DNA of 63,986 nucleotides, counting the filler, from Catajapyx aquilonaris (Eukaryota): assembly GCA_000934665.2 (NCBI GenBank). It is 3 parts of 3 records of this genome, joined end to end, with 100 filler letters (N's around TTAATTAATTAA, not from the genome) between each part and the next. Parts side by side here need not be neighbours in the genome. Positions count along the whole stretch, not along the records: positions 42,907 to 63,986 come from JYFJ02006137.1; 2 more parts are not named here. The stretch is one strand, 5' to 3'. Each line of letters begins with the position of its first letter. The first letter of the stretch is position 1. Made by a program: the position numbers and the translations under genes. Positions 61,556 through 63,986 of the stretch are shown in pieces. The notes below the pieces were generated by a model. It saw only the letters and a program-made list of their open reading frames with translations. It did not search any database and was not told the origin of the DNA.

Positions 61556-63227
61556 TACTTGCCCAACACCAATGAAGTTCACCTACCACGAAAATCACCT
61601 GCATATCGATGTTACAAATACGGATTACTTGAGAATGAATCATGTTTTACTCACACAACTTATATGCTAATGAGCCACATGGAAGTGCAATGTTGTGGCG
61701 AGATAACAATGCATTTGAGTATGACAGTATTTATTTAGTTTACCGGGGGCCATGGAGTTCGCCCAGAGCGCTAAACGCGCCACAAAGTTCACCCACTGTT
61801 AAATACAGCCTGATGCAGTTGTGCCAGATGGGAAAAAAAGCGCAGGTCTCTTGCCCTGCACCACAATGCCATTACTCATTGCACTCTGTGTCTGAAAATA
61901 ACAATCACAGGAGGTGGTAAGCCCATTCCTCCGTAGGTATGCAAGCATGCAAGGTGATATGGAAGAGCTCTGAAGAAGGAAAGTCTGCGTATGTGGTTGC
62001 ACAAAAAGGGCATGTGCCATGATCCATGGTAAGGGCCATCGCATCAAGTAACAAAACTACAAGAACCATCCAGAAAAACCTTATTGTGGACGTCACCAGG
62101 CAACAGCAGCAAGGAAAAACTGAGAGCTGAAAAAAATGTCGCAAAATCGGCGAAAGGAGCAGTGACCATCAATTTTAAAATGGTCAGAGGTGACCCAAAA
62201 GGTGGTCCCCACAACAACCTGTCGACTCTGCATCCATGACATGAAGATGAACTTTTATGCATAACTTCTAAAAGACTAACGGGGAATTCATGAAATGAGG
62301 ACCTGACCTCTTGACAATAGGGCAAGAAGAAACCACTCTTGATGGGACTGGAACAGGAAAAAGACTTGCTTGGGAGAAAGAATGGAAGCATTGGGCATAT
62401 CAGATGTGGAATTGATCAAGTTTCGAGATGAATTAGTCAGTGCAGGGACATCCATAATTGGGTATTGCAAACAAAGGAAGAGGCGTACCATCCCAATGTC
62501 TCACTAGAACCGTCAAACATGCACACAGCATTATGGTGTGGGGATGCATGGGTAGTGTCGGCCTTGGCAACTTTCACGGAATCAGTGGCACCATCGATAC
62601 AGCCATGTTTCAGGAGATTTTGAGAGACCATCCGCTGTGTGTGCCCTCAATAGCAACCTTACATCCGGATGTCAACATAATATTTCAACAGGACTTTGCA
62701 TCTTGCCAAAACAGCCGAAGCAGACAAGGGGATTGACATTCTACGTGGCCATGGAGCACCCTGGATCTCAATCCGATTAAGACAGACTGGAAAATCATGA
62801 AGAAGGTACTTCAGAGGAAACATCCATGCACCAAGGCATCCTTTGAGGGCCAAACTACGGGAGGTTTGGGACACCATCACTCTAGCCGAGTGCCAGAGCT
62901 CATTCAACACGTGTAGTGTTGTGTGGAGGCAATCATTGCTGCCCATGGCGATGTCACCTGCTTCTAGGCGAACTTTGTGGCGCGTTTAGCTCTATGGGCG
63001 AACTCCATGGCCCCCGGCGAGCGAAATAAATACTGTCCTATTCATCTTGTTCCACTGACAAATGCATTAATATCTCGCCCCAACATTGCTCTTCCATGTG
63101 GCTCATTAGCATATACGAGTAAGTTGTGTGATTAAAACATGATTCATTCTCAAGTAATTCGAATTTGTAACATCAACATGCAGGTGATTTTCGTGCTAGG
63201 CGAACTTCATTGGTATTGGGCATATAT
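61556..63227 (+). mobile_element. Tc1-family DNA transposon with long (~240-bp) TIRs, defective transposase
   Basis: TIRs ~61556-61793 and ~62967-63227; transposase remnants TVKH..SIMVWGCM, IFQQDFASC, WP...DLNPI, VWDTI, with stops and frameshifts. Confidence 0.9.
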
Positions 63228-63986
63228 ACATACGTACAGTACAGGGAGTACAGTCTTGTTCATAAAGAATGGAACGACTCATTCATTCATTCATCAGCTT
63301 TATTTATTTCATTAGGTCGGCTGCAGCAACTGCCACTTTGCCGACCTAGCACATCAAAACATCATAACAAAATTTCAATAAAATAATAATAATAATAAAT
63401 TTAACTTCAATGGAACGACTCTATGGACGAAATGTTGATCCTGATTATCCAGCATTATTCCCAACCTTATTCAACGAAACACTACGGCAGGGATATTCAA
63501 CTGGCAGACAGCATTGTGACCTTGACCCTTATGTACATGTTTTCACTTCCAAGAAATAACCCCTACTTGAACGGACCCACGTCAAGAAAGGGGTAGACTA
63601 CCATATGGGATCAATTTACTACTGGGAAAGGACGGAAACTATCAGCCGCATTTCCTTTTATCTCAATCTTGGTTCCACAAGTACATTGGGACTTGTCAGA
63701 GGTCTTGATGCTGATAGTCGCTAGTTTTCCAAGTGATAAGTACTTGTGTGGTGTGAGTCGAAAGGGTAGTTTGGGGCACCCATGAAGAATAGGTAGAAAG
63801 TGGATGCATAGGACAGGATCAAAAATAATAATTACCGAAGCTATATCACAAGACCATTTGGAAGCCTCCTTGCAAATTGTCACAACTTCGCATACACCAG
63901 ATTTCGCAAAGTTGGTTGTGGACAAAAAGTTCAAATCTTCTCGCTGAAGTGTTTTTTGTTTCTTCTCGGCCGGGGGGGGGGGGGGG

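Noticed and set aside
63611..63934. 107-aa minus-strand ORF at the window end
   Set aside because: No recognisable domain or splice context; cannot be supported.

Overview
Eukaryotic genomic DNA, most likely arthropod (short GT-AG introns, Sep1-like septin, interstitial TTAGG repeats), with two 100-bp scaffold gaps (21336-21435, 42807-42906). The first ~41 kb is gene-dense: a THAP/C2H2 zinc-finger gene plus a deleted tandem copy, 2-oxoglutarate dehydrogenase E1 (OGDH), a Sep1/SEPT2-group septin, head-to-head MRPL18 and MRM1, a sesquipedalian PH-domain gene, phospholipase B-like 2, and the last exon of a group III secretory PLA2. The last ~23 kb is almost entirely nested mobile elements (tRNA-derived SINEs, RTE LINE, Gypsy, Tc1, Helitron, and Kolobok/piggyBac/hAT/Harbinger/P-type non-autonomous elements). 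The most interesting structure is in OGDH: two mutually exclusive paralogous exons over the region of the mammalian Ca2+-binding DADLD motif, each followed by its own candidate frame-preserving microexon. All gene models were spliced by eye; no database search was run.
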